Virus record (IMG/VR): IMGVR_UViG_3300009494_000005
Coordinates: 1-52,313 of that record
Reading direction: 5' to 3' (one strand)
Source: a virus
Lineage: Duplodnaviria; Caudoviricetes
DNA: 52,313 nt
The position numbers were made by a program, and so were the translations under genes. The notes beneath the pieces are model-generated. The model worked only from the letters and a program-made list of their open reading frames with translations, made no database searches and was not told the origin of the DNA. This document shows positions 9,037 to 18,963 of the stretch, one piece after another (position 1 is the first letter of the stretch; each line of letters begins with the position of its first letter).

Positions 9037-9802
9037 GACGAAAAAGGACGGAGCGAAGGCGCTCCTCCGTCGCGTTGTAGTTGAAGGCGCTCCCGAGAAG
9101 CCGGCCGTGGGGGCCGCGGCTGACGCCCTCACGGTCTCGCTCGACGTCGATACGCCGCCCGAGGTGGCCGATGAGGGCCCGAAGAAGCCCAAGAAGAAAA
9201 CGGCGGCAGAGAAGCGCAAGGAGCGCATCGAGGCTGAGATCGAGAAGATCATCGAGGCAGGGACCTACAAGGCGAAGTATCTCCCCGATCCCCTCCTGAT
9301 CAAGCCGATGGGTCCCTTCGTTGAGGTGGTCTCGACAGCGTTCGCCGCACTCATGGAGAAGGCTGAGACCCCGCCGATCGACCATTTCCAGACTCAGGTC
9401 AGAGATGAGCACCCGGACTGGCACCCCGAACGTGTCGCCGGCGTTGCCGTGCAACGGTACGTCGGGGAGCGCGGGAGGTTGGCGGTGATCGCCGCGGCTA
9501 AGGTGTCGGCCGAGTCGAACCTGATGTATGAGCTCGCCGGACTCGCGGTCGGACAGGATCGCGCATGGGCCGAGGAGCATCTTCTTCCTGGTGAGGCTAT
9601 GCGGATCACCCGTGCGGCTATCATCATCGGTGAGGTACGCGATTTCTTGGGGGAATCCCTCTCGATCCTCGGAACAGAAGTGGTCGAGGAGGACGAGGAG
9701 GAGGACGAGGCTACAGCGTCTACGCCCGCACCGTCGGGCGCAGGATCCGCGGAGCCGTCGTCCGACTCTACGGCCTCGGGCCCCGAGGATTCGACGAGCT
9801 AG
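8978..9802 (+). CDS. Tail assembly chaperone (gpG-like, short form)
   Basis: Directly upstream of TMP and contains slippery G GGG GAA at 9649-9655. Confidence 0.7.
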   Translation: MSQLEEKKPESGPEDSSTSETKKDGAKALLRRVVVEGAPEKPAVGAAADALTVSLDVDTPPEVADEGPKKPKKKTAAEKRKERIEAEIEKIIEAGTYKAKYLPDPLLIKPMGPFVEVVSTAFAALMEKAETPPIDHFQTQVRDEHPDWHPERVAGVAVQRYVGERGRLAVIAAAKVSAESNLMYELAGLAVGQDRAWAEEHLLPGEAMRITRAAIIIGEVRDFLGESLSILGTEVVEEDEEEDEATASTPAPSGAGSAEPSSDSTASGPEDSTS

Positions 9803-10092
9803 AAGCCCGCGACGCGATCGAGGGCTATCGAACCGCTCAGGCTGTCACGAAGGAGGACATATTCCACGTCGGAGTCGCCGCCGCGTGCGGGACTACCGGC
9901 AAGATCGCAGAGCTTGCGGCCTACCTGATGGGGGACGATCCGAGCAGGATCAACGAACCGATCGAGGCCAAGGGCGAGACACCGGAACCCTTCCTCCGGC
10001 GCATACTCGAAACGCCCGGGGAGCACGTCGAGGTGGCACTAACACCCGACGGCGAGTACGACCTCGCGGCCTTCTTCGACGACGAGGAATAG
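9649..10092 (+). CDS. -1 frameshift extension of tail assembly chaperone (gpGT-like C-terminus)
   Basis: The -1 frame is open from the slippery site to TAG 10090-10092 and is conserved at protein level in copy B. Confidence 0.8.
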   Translation, partial: GGIPLDPRNRSGRGGRGGGRGYSVYARTVGRRIRGAVVRLYGLGPRGFDELEARDAIEGYRTAQAVTKEDIFHVGVAAACGTTGKIAELAAYLMGDDPSRINEPIEAKGETPEPFLRRILETPGEHVEVALTPDGEYDLAAFFDDEE

Positions 10093-10096
10093 CCAA

Positions 10097-12529
10097 GTGC
10101 CAGTCGTGGGTTTCGGCGGTGAGATGGCCTTGCGAACGGCCGTCACACTCGGCAACAAGCAGTTTCTAAAGAGCATCGATCAGATGGAGCGGCGGATGGG
10201 CGGTTTTACTTCGTTCATGCGCCGCTCCTCTCGCACGTTCGCTGCTGGGTCTCTCGCCATAGGCGCCGGCCTCGGTCTTGCCGTGAAGGCAGCCGGGGAC
10301 TTCGAGCAGTCGATGGCGAACATGGACTCTGTAGCCAACACGACCGGCGCGGAGTTCGCCCGGTTGAGGCAGCTCGCATTCGACATGAGTACGACGACGA
10401 TGCGATCTGCGACCGAAGCGGCCGGGGCGATGTACGAGCTTGCGTCGGCTGGCCAACGGGCTGAACAGATCTTCTCGACGCTCCCGTCCGTGATCAAGCT
10501 CGCAGACGCGACGCAGTACGACCTCTCCCAAACGACCTCAACTGTCGTCGCCACAATGAACGCCTTTGGTTTGGAAGCGTCCGACACCGAACGTATCATC
10601 AACGTCATGGCGGCCTCGATCGGTGGCTCGATGGCAAAGATGGACAAGCTGTCGGCGTCGTTCGCCTACATCGGCCCCGTGGCGCGTTCCGCTGGACTGA
10701 GCATAGAGGAAACGTCCGCCGCCCTGATGGTCCTCTACAATGCTGGCCTTGATGGGTCTGCGGCCGGCACATCGCTCCGTCGAATCCTTGCATCACTACT
10801 CAAGCCGACCGAGAGCCTCACGAAGCGCATCGAGGATCTCGGGCTCGAAATGTCTGACATCGACCCTCGCGTGAATTCGATGAGCGAGATCATGCAGACG
10901 TTGAAGGACTCCGGGCTCGATGCGACTGCCGCCTTCGAGGACTTCGGACTTCGTGGAGCTCCGGCTCTGCTTGCCCTCCTTGCGGCGGGCGACGGACTCG
11001 ACGAGTTCGAGACCATGATCACCGGCACGGATCGCGCCGCCGAAATGCTCGCGCGGCAGATGGACGCTGTAGGCGCGCAAGCGACCATCCTTAAGAACAC
11101 GCTGATCACGCTCGGCATTAAGATCGGGGAGAAGCTCCTGCCGATGGTTCGGGACGTGACTGGCTGGCTCCAACGGCTACTGGAGAAGTTCGACGGGCTG
11201 AGCGATTCGAGTTTCGAGCTCATAGCAAAGATAGCGCTTCTGGCCGGCGGGCTGTTGGGTGTCCTGTCGATCGTTGGGCGAATGGCGCCACTCCTCGGAG
11301 CGGCGGCCGGGCCGATAGGGATTCTGGCGATCGCGGTCGGTGCGCTCGCGACGGCCTACGTCCTCGCCGACAAGACCATGTCCGATTACTACGACGCACT
11401 TCGGGACGGCAACGCGGCCGAGGCTGAGGCGCTACGCAACAAGACCGAGTGGGCCGCCATGATGAAGGCCCTGTTCTCGCCCGAGTACTGGGAGGCAGTC
11501 GGCTCTGACATTTTCATCTTCTTCCAGCGGCTTGGTGCGGGAATGTCAGCGTTCTTCGCGGCACTCAAGAACGACGCCAGGCTGATAGGCGAGGCATTCG
11601 ATCCCAAGAACTGGATCGACCCTGACTGGAGGCGGCAGTTTGCCGAGAGCTTCCAGCTAGGGGACGTCGGACAGTTGATGTCGGACGCATGGGAGAACGC
11701 GCCTGTTGATCTGCCGGAGGGTGCGACCTCCTGGACGGCTGATTTCTATGACCGTATGTTCACCCCTCCCGCGGATGCCGCCGAGAAGATCGTCGCTGGC
11801 ATCGCCGAGGTCACGGCGGTTGCCGCTGAAGCCTTGACGGGGGGCGGGCTCGCGGTCCCGATGCCGAACCTGCTTGGTGAGATTGCCGATGTCACGGACG
11901 AGACCTTGACGGGAGTAGAGGAGCGGTTCCGTGCGATGCGCTCCCGCATCGAGGAAGAAATGCAGTTCGCGGGCGCCGCACTGACCGCATTCATGGTCGA
12001 CATCGGGCAGAGTCTCGAGGAGAACATCAAGAAGGAGAAGTCGTTCACGCTCGCGATGGTCAAGACCGTCGGGAAGGCGTATGCTGATCTCGTCGAGAAG
12101 TTCGCTATGAAGGCGGTGACCAACACTCTCATGGCGCAAGCCGAGACGGTCGGCATCCTATCGATGCAAGGCTTGTTCGACTGGTCCGCGTGGGCGAAGA
12201 TCGGGCCCGCGATTGCCAAGGGCGCTGCCACGATCGCGCTCATCAAGGCGATCAAGGGCCGACTCGGGTTCCACACAGGTGGGCCGAACTACCAGGAGGG
12301 ATTCAAGTTCCTCAAGTCGAACGAGCTCGTCATGGACCGGAGTACCGTGCAGCGCGGGGGCTATGGAAGAGCAACGCTCGACGCCGCCGGTGAGGTTGGC
12401 ATGGGAACAAACGTCAGCGTCGTCGTCAACATCGCCCACGCGACAATGACGAACCCGGAGGTGGACGCCCGGGCTATGGCGCAGATCATAGGTGATGAGG
12501 TAGAAGCTCTGTTGAACGGAGGAGCGTAA
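10097..12529 (+). CDS. Tape measure protein (TP901-type core)
   Basis: 810 aa Ala-rich, FEQSMAN..S, ATEAA.AMYELASAG, GLSIEETSAAL..L.NAGL.GS.AGTSLR motifs. Confidence 0.92.
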   Translation: MPVVGFGGEMALRTAVTLGNKQFLKSIDQMERRMGGFTSFMRRSSRTFAAGSLAIGAGLGLAVKAAGDFEQSMANMDSVANTTGAEFARLRQLAFDMSTTTMRSATEAAGAMYELASAGQRAEQIFSTLPSVIKLADATQYDLSQTTSTVVATMNAFGLEASDTERIINVMAASIGGSMAKMDKLSASFAYIGPVARSAGLSIEETSAALMVLYNAGLDGSAAGTSLRRILASLLKPTESLTKRIEDLGLEMSDIDPRVNSMSEIMQTLKDSGLDATAAFEDFGLRGAPALLALLAAGDGLDEFETMITGTDRAAEMLARQMDAVGAQATILKNTLITLGIKIGEKLLPMVRDVTGWLQRLLEKFDGLSDSSFELIAKIALLAGGLLGVLSIVGRMAPLLGAAAGPIGILAIAVGALATAYVLADKTMSDYYDALRDGNAAEAEALRNKTEWAAMMKALFSPEYWEAVGSDIFIFFQRLGAGMSAFFAALKNDARLIGEAFDPKNWIDPDWRRQFAESFQLGDVGQLMSDAWENAPVDLPEGATSWTADFYDRMFTPPADAAEKIVAGIAEVTAVAAEALTGGGLAVPMPNLLGEIADVTDETLTGVEERFRAMRSRIEEEMQFAGAALTAFMVDIGQSLEENIKKEKSFTLAMVKTVGKAYADLVEKFAMKAVTNTLMAQAETVGILSMQGLFDWSAWAKIGPAIAKGAATIALIKAIKGRLGFHTGGPNYQEGFKFLKSNELVMDRSTVQRGGYGRATLDAAGEVGMGTNVSVVVNIAHATMTNPEVDARAMAQIIGDEVEALLNGGA

Positions 12530-12531
12530 CC

Positions 12532-12987
12532 GTGGGCGCCATCTTCAAGGTCGTTCTCGCAGACAACGCGGCCGGTACGACGAACGTGTACGTGCTCCCG
12601 CTCGATACGTTCATTCCCTCGCCGGCGAAGCGCAAGAAGACGAGCGTCAAGCAGATACCTGGGAAAAGCGGGGGGATCGACACCGCCGACGGCAAGCTGG
12701 CTCCGAGCGTGCTCGACGTCACGATGCAGATAGACGACGACGACCCCGTCGACGTCAAGACCCTTCGACAATTGCTGTGGACGAAGTTCCACACCTACGC
12801 AGGCAAGTACATCGTCGTGTTCGACACACTTGCCGATCCTGACGTCGTGATGGACTGGTGGCTCTATGACGACGTCGTAGCGTTTGTCGAGTCGCGTGTT
12901 CGCCGGATGCACATGCGCGCGACCAGGCTCAAGGTGCAGTTGTCGCTCAACACTCAGCCCTACGAGGGCGGGGGAGATATACCCTAG
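12532..12987 (+). CDS. Distal tail (Dit)-like protein
   Basis: Small protein directly after TMP with an IPG.SG motif. Confidence 0.5.
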   Translation: MGAIFKVVLADNAAGTTNVYVLPLDTFIPSPAKRKKTSVKQIPGKSGGIDTADGKLAPSVLDVTMQIDDDDPVDVKTLRQLLWTKFHTYAGKYIVVFDTLADPDVVMDWWLYDDVVAFVESRVRRMHMRATRLKVQLSLNTQPYEGGGDIP

Positions 12988-15900
12988 TGGCCGCGCATCT
13001 GGAAGATTGGGAGATCGTTGTTGATCGGCAGGGCGTCGAGAAACTCGCGTTTGGCATGACCGACAATCCGTTTCAGGACACCGAGGCGACTACGTTCGGT
13101 TTCTCGTGGACGAACGCGGCACTGGGCGGGTGCGGTAAGGCAAGCATCAACCTCATGTCGCAGAGTGCCTCCTACCTCGCCGGCCTGGATCTCCTCCCGG
13201 ACGACCGGATGCTGATCAGACTCCAGTGCGGCAACGAAAGCTCGCTCAAGGATCGCTACGTCGGAACGATCCGGCGTGTCGATCTGGGCTATGGAACTGA
13301 GCCGAAGATCCGCGGGCTCGAAGCCAACGGGATCGTCGGACAGTTTCGGAAGATCCCCTTGTTCCTGTTCCTCGATGACTCAACAGTCTCGGCCATAGTG
13401 ATGGCGTTGGTCGCGGATCTTGCCGACAAGTCGGACCTGACAAACTACACCCCATATATCACCTACGGAGCAGACTACACCGTAGCCCACACGGACTTCT
13501 TCCATCATTACGCTGACCGTGCAATCAAGCGGCTCGCGGAGCTCGCGGGTCCCGACTGCGTATGGGGTGTCGTGCCTGGCGATTCTGGTACGCCGACAGA
13601 CGCGCGATTCTACTTCCAGCAATTCGGCGACACAGCCGAGGATCTCGGATTCGAGGTCAACGTAAACGTGGAGGATGCCAAGGGGTCAGTAACCCGTGAT
13701 CGGATCCTCAATGGGATGCTAGTCACCTGCCAACGCAAAATCGGAGGCGGTGATCTGTGGATGTTTATCCCACCGCCGGCGGACTCGATCCCTTACCGCG
13801 TGGGGCTAGAACGAGTGCCGGAGCTCGTCGAGCCGCTTGATGCTTATGCGTGGGCAGAGGCTAAACTCAGCTCCTTCCCGACCGACGACGAGAAGATCTC
13901 TTTCAAGGTTCCGAACTTCGGAGAGCAGATCTGGGCGAACGAGATCATCAATACCCCTCTGGCGATCGCCCTCGTTGGAGGAGGGACCGACTATGAAATC
14001 ATGTGCCGATCGTACACCACGACCGTCGATGGGAGCGGGAGCGTTGATACTGCGTTCGTGCTCGGGACGTTGCCGAGCTTCGGACTAGCCGAGCAGTTCG
14101 GGGATCTGTACCGCGATACGATCGTGGCGAAGGCGCGAGAGTTCTGGAGTGGTGCAGAGCTAGCGGCGCGAGACAGTGACGTGATCCGTGAGTGGAGGCG
14201 AGCAGCGGCAAAGACCCATGGGATCATGAACCTGTGGGGAACGAACCTAGATAACATCGAGTCGATCTTGACTGCTGGCGCGTGGAATGATGGGGGCTTC
14301 GAGGAACCATCCACCTTCCCTAATTACGGGTGGGACTATGATCCCGACAAGCAACGTGCCTTCGGGAAGAACTCTAACGGAACGATTGGCACCATCGCAA
14401 TCCCTACGGGCATCACAGCGGGAGCAGCGATCGTCTATCTCAAGACCGGTGGGGCGAGTTACTACCAGAACGAGACAGAGGAGTTCGTGCTCAACGAGCA
14501 CACAGAACCTAACGAGTACTGGTATTGGACTAGCGACTGGTGGGGTTTGCACCCGAAGCTCGTAGGGGCACCGACGAACACATGGCGGATGGCAGTAACA
14601 CTCAACCACAAGTTCACCACTGGTGTTCCCGAGGCCCCGATGAAGATATGGATGGGCCCAGTTGAGAACCTCGCTCAAAGCTACTTATCAGTGACTACCT
14701 ATGCCCACATGAAAGCGCTCACTCACTACTACGACATCATTTTTGCGGCGACAACAACAGATCCAACGACAGCATCAGGTTACTGCCTGCGGGTGTTTCG
14801 TGGCGCCGACGAGCCATGGGGGAACGTGCTGATGGCTCTCGGATGGGTGAGTGGCGGGACATTCCACTCGAACTGGTGGGATGCAGGAGCAACGCCGGAT
14901 GGGACATGGGCTCACAGTATCGCACTCGGAACTGACGGAACCGGAGGCGACGGGCACACTTTCGAGTTAGACGTATGGCTTCCAACCACCGGGGGCGAAG
15001 GGGAGTTCCGTGTCCGAGTGAGGAAGAACAAAACCACGCAGGTGTTGTGGGATTCGGCCGACGACTTCGGCGACGGAGAGGTGTCATCTAGCGCGCCTAG
15101 TCCTGTTGGTGGCTACTACGTGATGTGCGCCTATCACAAGAGCACCGGTGACACGAACACTGATTACTGCATGGGGTTGAGAAATGTCGACATCCAAAGC
15201 CCGGGTGGGATAGAGATCGCGGTCACTCGTGACGGAGAGTACTGGACTATCGGGAACCCGAATACGCTTCTGACTCTACTGGGGGACACATACCTGGACG
15301 CCGAACGGCAGCTGATGTTCGCGGTTAAGCTTGGGGAGGGGAACAGTCTGAGTTCATGGGCGGTTGGCTTCACCCACGAGACGCCCTCGGCGGAGCTTGC
15401 CTGGGAGGATAACACCGGGGACGAGGGCACTGGGGACGCGTACTTCAAGCAGCCCAAGGACTGCACCGTAGACGCGGATTACATCTACGTCACCGACTAC
15501 AGCAACCATCGCGTGCAAATCCTCACGAACGCGGACCCCCCGGTCTACTCGGCACAATTCGGGACCGAGGGCACAGGGGACGCACAGTTCGATCATCCGT
15601 GGGGGATCGACCACGATGACACCTATCTCTACATAGCGGACCAGACGAATCACCGCGTCAAGGTTCATCTCAAAGCGTCACCGTACACGTTCATCCGGTC
15701 TATCGGCTCCTTTGCTCATGGGGTCAAGGGCGTGACAGTCACGGGACGCACCTACAGTGCTGACGATCTCGTGTATGTGTCATGTGAGGACGACTACATC
15801 TGGATCTACAAGAAGGACGGGACGTACGTCGACAAGTTCCGTCCGTTCAGTGATCTTAGTACAGAGAACCCGGAGGACGTGAAGGTCAGCGGTGATGAAA

Positions 15901-16298
15901 ACCACCTGTACATCACGAACCCGGGCGGCTCCCTCACTGACGATGCTTCCAACATCATTCGCAAGGTGAAGCGCACGAGCCCATACACAGAGGTATGGTC
16001 GTGGGGGCAGCGCGGTTGGGATCCACCAAACGGAAAATGGGAATGGCCGTGGGCGGTCTGTCGACTCGGCGATCTGCTCATCGTGTCGTCAGGAGCAAGC
16101 GCCGTCTATCCGGTAAAGAACTTCCTGACGATTCTCGCCGATCGCGGAACCTACGCTGAGTACATGGATCACCTCGATGGGAGCGGAGGAGAGTCGGGCA
16201 AGGGCTTCCTCCAAGCCTACGCCGGCGACATCAAAGACAACATCCTCTACGTATGCGAGGCGGGGTATTGCCAACTCAAGAGGTTTACGATCAGCTAG
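12987..16298 (+). CDS. Tail hub/tip protein with C-terminal NHL-repeat beta-propeller
   Basis: N-terminal GGCG.ASI hub-like region. NHL repeats G.EGTGDA.F..P..(C/I)..D...IY(V/I).D..NHRV near 15415-15670. Confidence 0.75.
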   Translation: MAAHLEDWEIVVDRQGVEKLAFGMTDNPFQDTEATTFGFSWTNAALGGCGKASINLMSQSASYLAGLDLLPDDRMLIRLQCGNESSLKDRYVGTIRRVDLGYGTEPKIRGLEANGIVGQFRKIPLFLFLDDSTVSAIVMALVADLADKSDLTNYTPYITYGADYTVAHTDFFHHYADRAIKRLAELAGPDCVWGVVPGDSGTPTDARFYFQQFGDTAEDLGFEVNVNVEDAKGSVTRDRILNGMLVTCQRKIGGGDLWMFIPPPADSIPYRVGLERVPELVEPLDAYAWAEAKLSSFPTDDEKISFKVPNFGEQIWANEIINTPLAIALVGGGTDYEIMCRSYTTTVDGSGSVDTAFVLGTLPSFGLAEQFGDLYRDTIVAKAREFWSGAELAARDSDVIREWRRAAAKTHGIMNLWGTNLDNIESILTAGAWNDGGFEEPSTFPNYGWDYDPDKQRAFGKNSNGTIGTIAIPTGITAGAAIVYLKTGGASYYQNETEEFVLNEHTEPNEYWYWTSDWWGLHPKLVGAPTNTWRMAVTLNHKFTTGVPEAPMKIWMGPVENLAQSYLSVTTYAHMKALTHYYDIIFAATTTDPTTASGYCLRVFRGADEPWGNVLMALGWVSGGTFHSNWWDAGATPDGTWAHSIALGTDGTGGDGHTFELDVWLPTTGGEGEFRVRVRKNKTTQVLWDSADDFGDGEVSSSAPSPVGGYYVMCAYHKSTGDTNTDYCMGLRNVDIQSPGGIEIAVTRDGEYWTIGNPNTLLTLLGDTYLDAERQLMFAVKLGEGNSLSSWAVGFTHETPSAELAWEDNTGDEGTGDAYFKQPKDCTVDADYIYVTDYSNHRVQILTNADPPVYSAQFGTEGTGDAQFDHPWGIDHDDTYLYIADQTNHRVKVHLKASPYTFIRSIGSFAHGVKGVTVTGRTYSADDLVYVSCEDDYIWIYKKDGTYVDKFRPFSDLSTENPEDVKVSGDENHLYITNPGGSLTDDASNIIRKVKRTSPYTEVWSWGQRGWDPPNGKWEWPWAVCRLGDLLIVSSGASAVYPVKNFLTILADRGTYAEYMDHLDGSGGESGKGFLQAYAGDIKDNILYVCEAGYCQLKRFTIS

Positions 16299-16307
16299 GA
16301 GCAACCT

Positions 16308-16571
16308 GTGGGCGACGGCGCGACAGCGAACGAGCTCAGACACATAAACGCGAGTCTCGGCGGTCTTCACCGGAAGGCTGACAAGACCAACGGCGCGATC
16401 GGGGAGCACGGCAACCGACTGACCGCGCTCGAGACTAAGGCCGACACCTACGTCACCGGGGAGGTCTGCGCCGAACAGCGCGGGTCAAACTGGAAGCGGG
16501 CCGCGTGGTTGATTATCGGCGCCGTCCTCGCGGTCGCGGTGGGATTCATCAAGACAGGAGGGATACCATGA
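16308..16571 (+). CDS. Putative holin-like membrane protein
   Basis: Coiled-coil N-terminus plus one C-terminal TM helix, overlapping the endolysin start. Confidence 0.5.
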   Translation: MGDGATANELRHINASLGGLHRKADKTNGAIGEHGNRLTALETKADTYVTGEVCAEQRGSNWKRAAWLIIGAVLAVAVGFIKTGGIP

Positions 16572-17248
16572 GCAAGCGCGTCGTCGTCCTGACCGGCCAC
16601 TACGGGCCCGGGTCGGGGGCGTGGTGGCGCGATCCCGCCGGCACGCTAGACGAGTGGGAGCTCAACGCCCGGGTGTCGACCGCCCTCCTCTATCGGCTGT
16701 CGTCCCTCGGGTGGATTGCTATTCCCGGCACTACCGGGCAGAGAAACCCGATGGGCCTCCGCGCGAAACGCGCGTACGTCAACGCGATCGCGCCCGATCT
16801 CTGCGTAGAGGTCCACTTCAACATAGCAAGCAAGCGGGGAGCCCGAGGCGTAGAGTGGCCGGGGTGTTCCGGTTCACCGTTCCTCCGAGGGAACATCCCG
16901 ATTGAGGGGGCACGCGGCGTCAGCGTGCTCTACAACGAACGCAACGCATCTACCCTCGACCTAGCACACTGGATCGTCGCCGGAGTGTGGGCCGCGTCCG
17001 GGCTCCCTGCGGCCTACGGCGACGGACTAGATCCTCGTCCGGTCCAGCGGTGGAAGCCCGGATACATCTACCTCATCGCCAAGACCAACTGCCCGACCGT
17101 GCTCCTCGAGACGGCGTTTCTGTCTGACGCCGAAGATCGGGCCCGCATCCGCGAGGATTGGGCGTTCTTCGAGAAGGTCGGACGCGGCACCGGCGACGCG
17201 ATTCAAGCGTGGTGGGCGGCCGAGGTCAGGAGGAGGGAGGGATCGTGA
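16568..17248 (+). CDS. Endolysin, N-acetylmuramoyl-L-alanine amidase (Amidase_3)
   Basis: Zn ligands GH..G, E..LN, EVHFN, and catalytic PTVLLETAFL. Confidence 0.88.
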   Translation: MSKRVVVLTGHYGPGSGAWWRDPAGTLDEWELNARVSTALLYRLSSLGWIAIPGTTGQRNPMGLRAKRAYVNAIAPDLCVEVHFNIASKRGARGVEWPGCSGSPFLRGNIPIEGARGVSVLYNERNASTLDLAHWIVAGVWAASGLPAAYGDGLDPRPVQRWKPGYIYLIAKTNCPTVLLETAFLSDAEDRARIREDWAFFEKVGRGTGDAIQAWWAAEVRRREGS

Positions 17249-17982
17249 TGCTCTCCGGCATAATGATCGTCATGGAGCGCGCCCCGCTCGGGTTAGGGAT
17301 TCGGTTCGCAACTCAGAGCGGCGACGAGGGCCCGGGGTTCTCGAATCACACGGGCAACTGGTTCCTAGACGACGACGGCGTGGAGTTCCTGATTCACTCG
17401 ACAGGGAAGGGCACGCACGAGCTCCGCGATTGGAGGCGACACTACGACACCGACAAGCACTGGGGCGTCGTCGTCGTTCCGATCGGCTACGGGCAGGAGG
17501 ATCACTGGGCCGTCCTGACGAAGTCGCGCGAGTACGAGGGCATGAAGTACGACCGATGCGCGATCGCCAAGCACTTCCTCGACGGGATCGCCGGCAAGGT
17601 GATCCGGCGTCCGGTCTACTTCTTTCGCCGGTTCCGGCTCAAGTTCTGGAAGCGCGGCGACCGATACAACATCTGCTCATGGCTGTCGTGCTGTACGTGG
17701 CTCGAGATCGGGCACGGTGTGATGGGGCTCGTCCGCGACAAGGTCAAGGTGCGATGGTGGCCGCCCGGCCTCAAGCGCACCTACCGCAAGGAGCGAATCG
17801 GTTGCCGGTTCGTCGCACCTAACGATTGGGAGCGCGCCGTGTTCGTGCACGAGCCCGACCGCTACCGGGTGATCGACGAGATCGGCACCCGCCCCGACGA
17901 TCTCCCGCTCTCGTACGTCCACAAGATCGCGGCCGACCGCGCCGAATGCGCGGACTGGCGCGCCGGACTCCTCGCCTCCTGA
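17248..17982 (+). CDS. Permuted papain-like (YiiX/YebB NlpC/P60-type) peptidase
   Basis: His motif (SNHTG) before Cys motif (ICSWL), with G.KYD between them. Confidence 0.6.
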   Translation: MLSGIMIVMERAPLGLGIRFATQSGDEGPGFSNHTGNWFLDDDGVEFLIHSTGKGTHELRDWRRHYDTDKHWGVVVVPIGYGQEDHWAVLTKSREYEGMKYDRCAIAKHFLDGIAGKVIRRPVYFFRRFRLKFWKRGDRYNICSWLSCCTWLEIGHGVMGLVRDKVKVRWWPPGLKRTYRKERIGCRFVAPNDWERAVFVHEPDRYRVIDEIGTRPDDLPLSYVHKIAADRAECADWRAGLLAS

Positions 17983-17999
17983 CCCCGTGGAGATCGGCA

Positions 18000-18028
18000 C
18001 GGGGGCCCGTTCTGCCGGCGGGCCCCCG
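18000..18028 (+). terminator. Putative terminator hairpin ending the late operon
   Basis: CGGGGGCCCG-9 nt-CGGGCCCCCG followed by ATTTCGT (weak U tract). Confidence 0.5.
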
Positions 18029-18233
18029 ATTTCGTCCCTCACGGCCTCAACCGTCCCGAAGCCACTCCCGCCCGTTTCCGGGCTAAACTCTCCTCCAGCG
18101 CAACGCACGGGGCCCTGTTAGGGCTCTGAGGGCTCCGCTTGACGCCTCCGGGCTCGCCGGCACCCGCCCGGGAGCCCCGGGGGGCGTTGCGCGATGCAAG
18201 GACAGCGTTGCAACCCGCACCGTGGACCCGGCG

Positions 18234-18263
18234 TTGACACCGGGTAGCACCCCGCGGTAGACT
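18234..18263 (+). promoter_or_regulatory. Putative sigma70 promoter
   Basis: TTGACA-18 bp-TAGACT. Confidence 0.5.
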
Positions 18264-18301
18264 TGGGCAAGGTCGAAATGACCACCACGTAACACGGGAG
18301 T

Positions 18302-18317
18302 TGGAATCGGGCTTGCA
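18302..18317 (+). promoter_or_regulatory. Sigma54-type -24/-12 promoter P1
   Basis: TGGAATCGGGCTTGCA (GG-N10-GC), intergenic, upstream of 18370. Confidence 0.7.
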
Positions 18318-18369
18318 CCCTAGAGGAATAGAAGGAAGCAACGAAGGCCCCAACACGGAGGGACGGAAG

Positions 18370-18963
18370 ATGAGGCCAAGAATGGTAACCAGCGAAACCA
18401 GCACAGCCCCGATCACCGAGCACGAAGCACTGATCGACTACGCCGGCACCCGATACGTGATCGTGAGCATTAGCGACATCAAACACGACGAGCGACCCGA
18501 CCAATGGCAGATCTTCGCCATGAGGCCCGGAGGGCGCAAGGTGGTGATGGGGACGCTCTTCGGATTCGACGACGAAGGTTCCCCGAGGGTCTGGATCGGG
18601 CGCGACCTCGGGCTCCCCGTCAGAGCGCAGGACAAGTCCGCCGACGACGACAGCTGGACGAAGCCGAAGCGCGACGCGGCCGCCCGGGTGATGGAGCTCC
18701 GCGACAACGGATGGGTGATCGCGGGCGACGAGCGATTCAAGACCTTTCGGACGAGTCGGCACGGGGAACTGAACGAATACTGGAGCTACAACTACCGGGC
18801 CCCGAACGGGGAGAAGTTCAGCACAATAGCCGACACCTTGGAGGAGTGTCGAGCCCGCCGTGACAGTTGGCTAGCCGAGCACGACGCGGAAGTCTACTAC
18901 GACCTCAAGGCCGCCGAAGATGATGCCGGCGACAACAGCCTCAACGAAGGGAGCGGACGATGA
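18370..18963 (+). CDS. Early protein with C-terminal DUF3873-like region
   Basis: Y.YR..NGE.FST...TLEECR.RRD.WL motif recalled from DUF3873. RBS GGAGG. Confidence 0.55.
   Translation: MRPRMVTSETSTAPITEHEALIDYAGTRYVIVSISDIKHDERPDQWQIFAMRPGGRKVVMGTLFGFDDEGSPRVWIGRDLGLPVRAQDKSADDDSWTKPKRDAAARVMELRDNGWVIAGDERFKTFRTSRHGELNEYWSYNYRAPNGEKFSTIADTLEECRARRDSWLAEHDAEVYYDLKAAEDDAGDNSLNEGSGR

Larger units (their letters stand above)
1..10783 (+). repeat. Copy A of diverged ~10.7 kb direct repeat (head-neck-tail block)
   Basis: Colinear with 41656-52313. TAGAGCGCGGATCGACGTCAATCGCGACCACAGC occurs at 25 and 41680, and the orthologous ORFs are in the same order. Confidence 0.97.
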
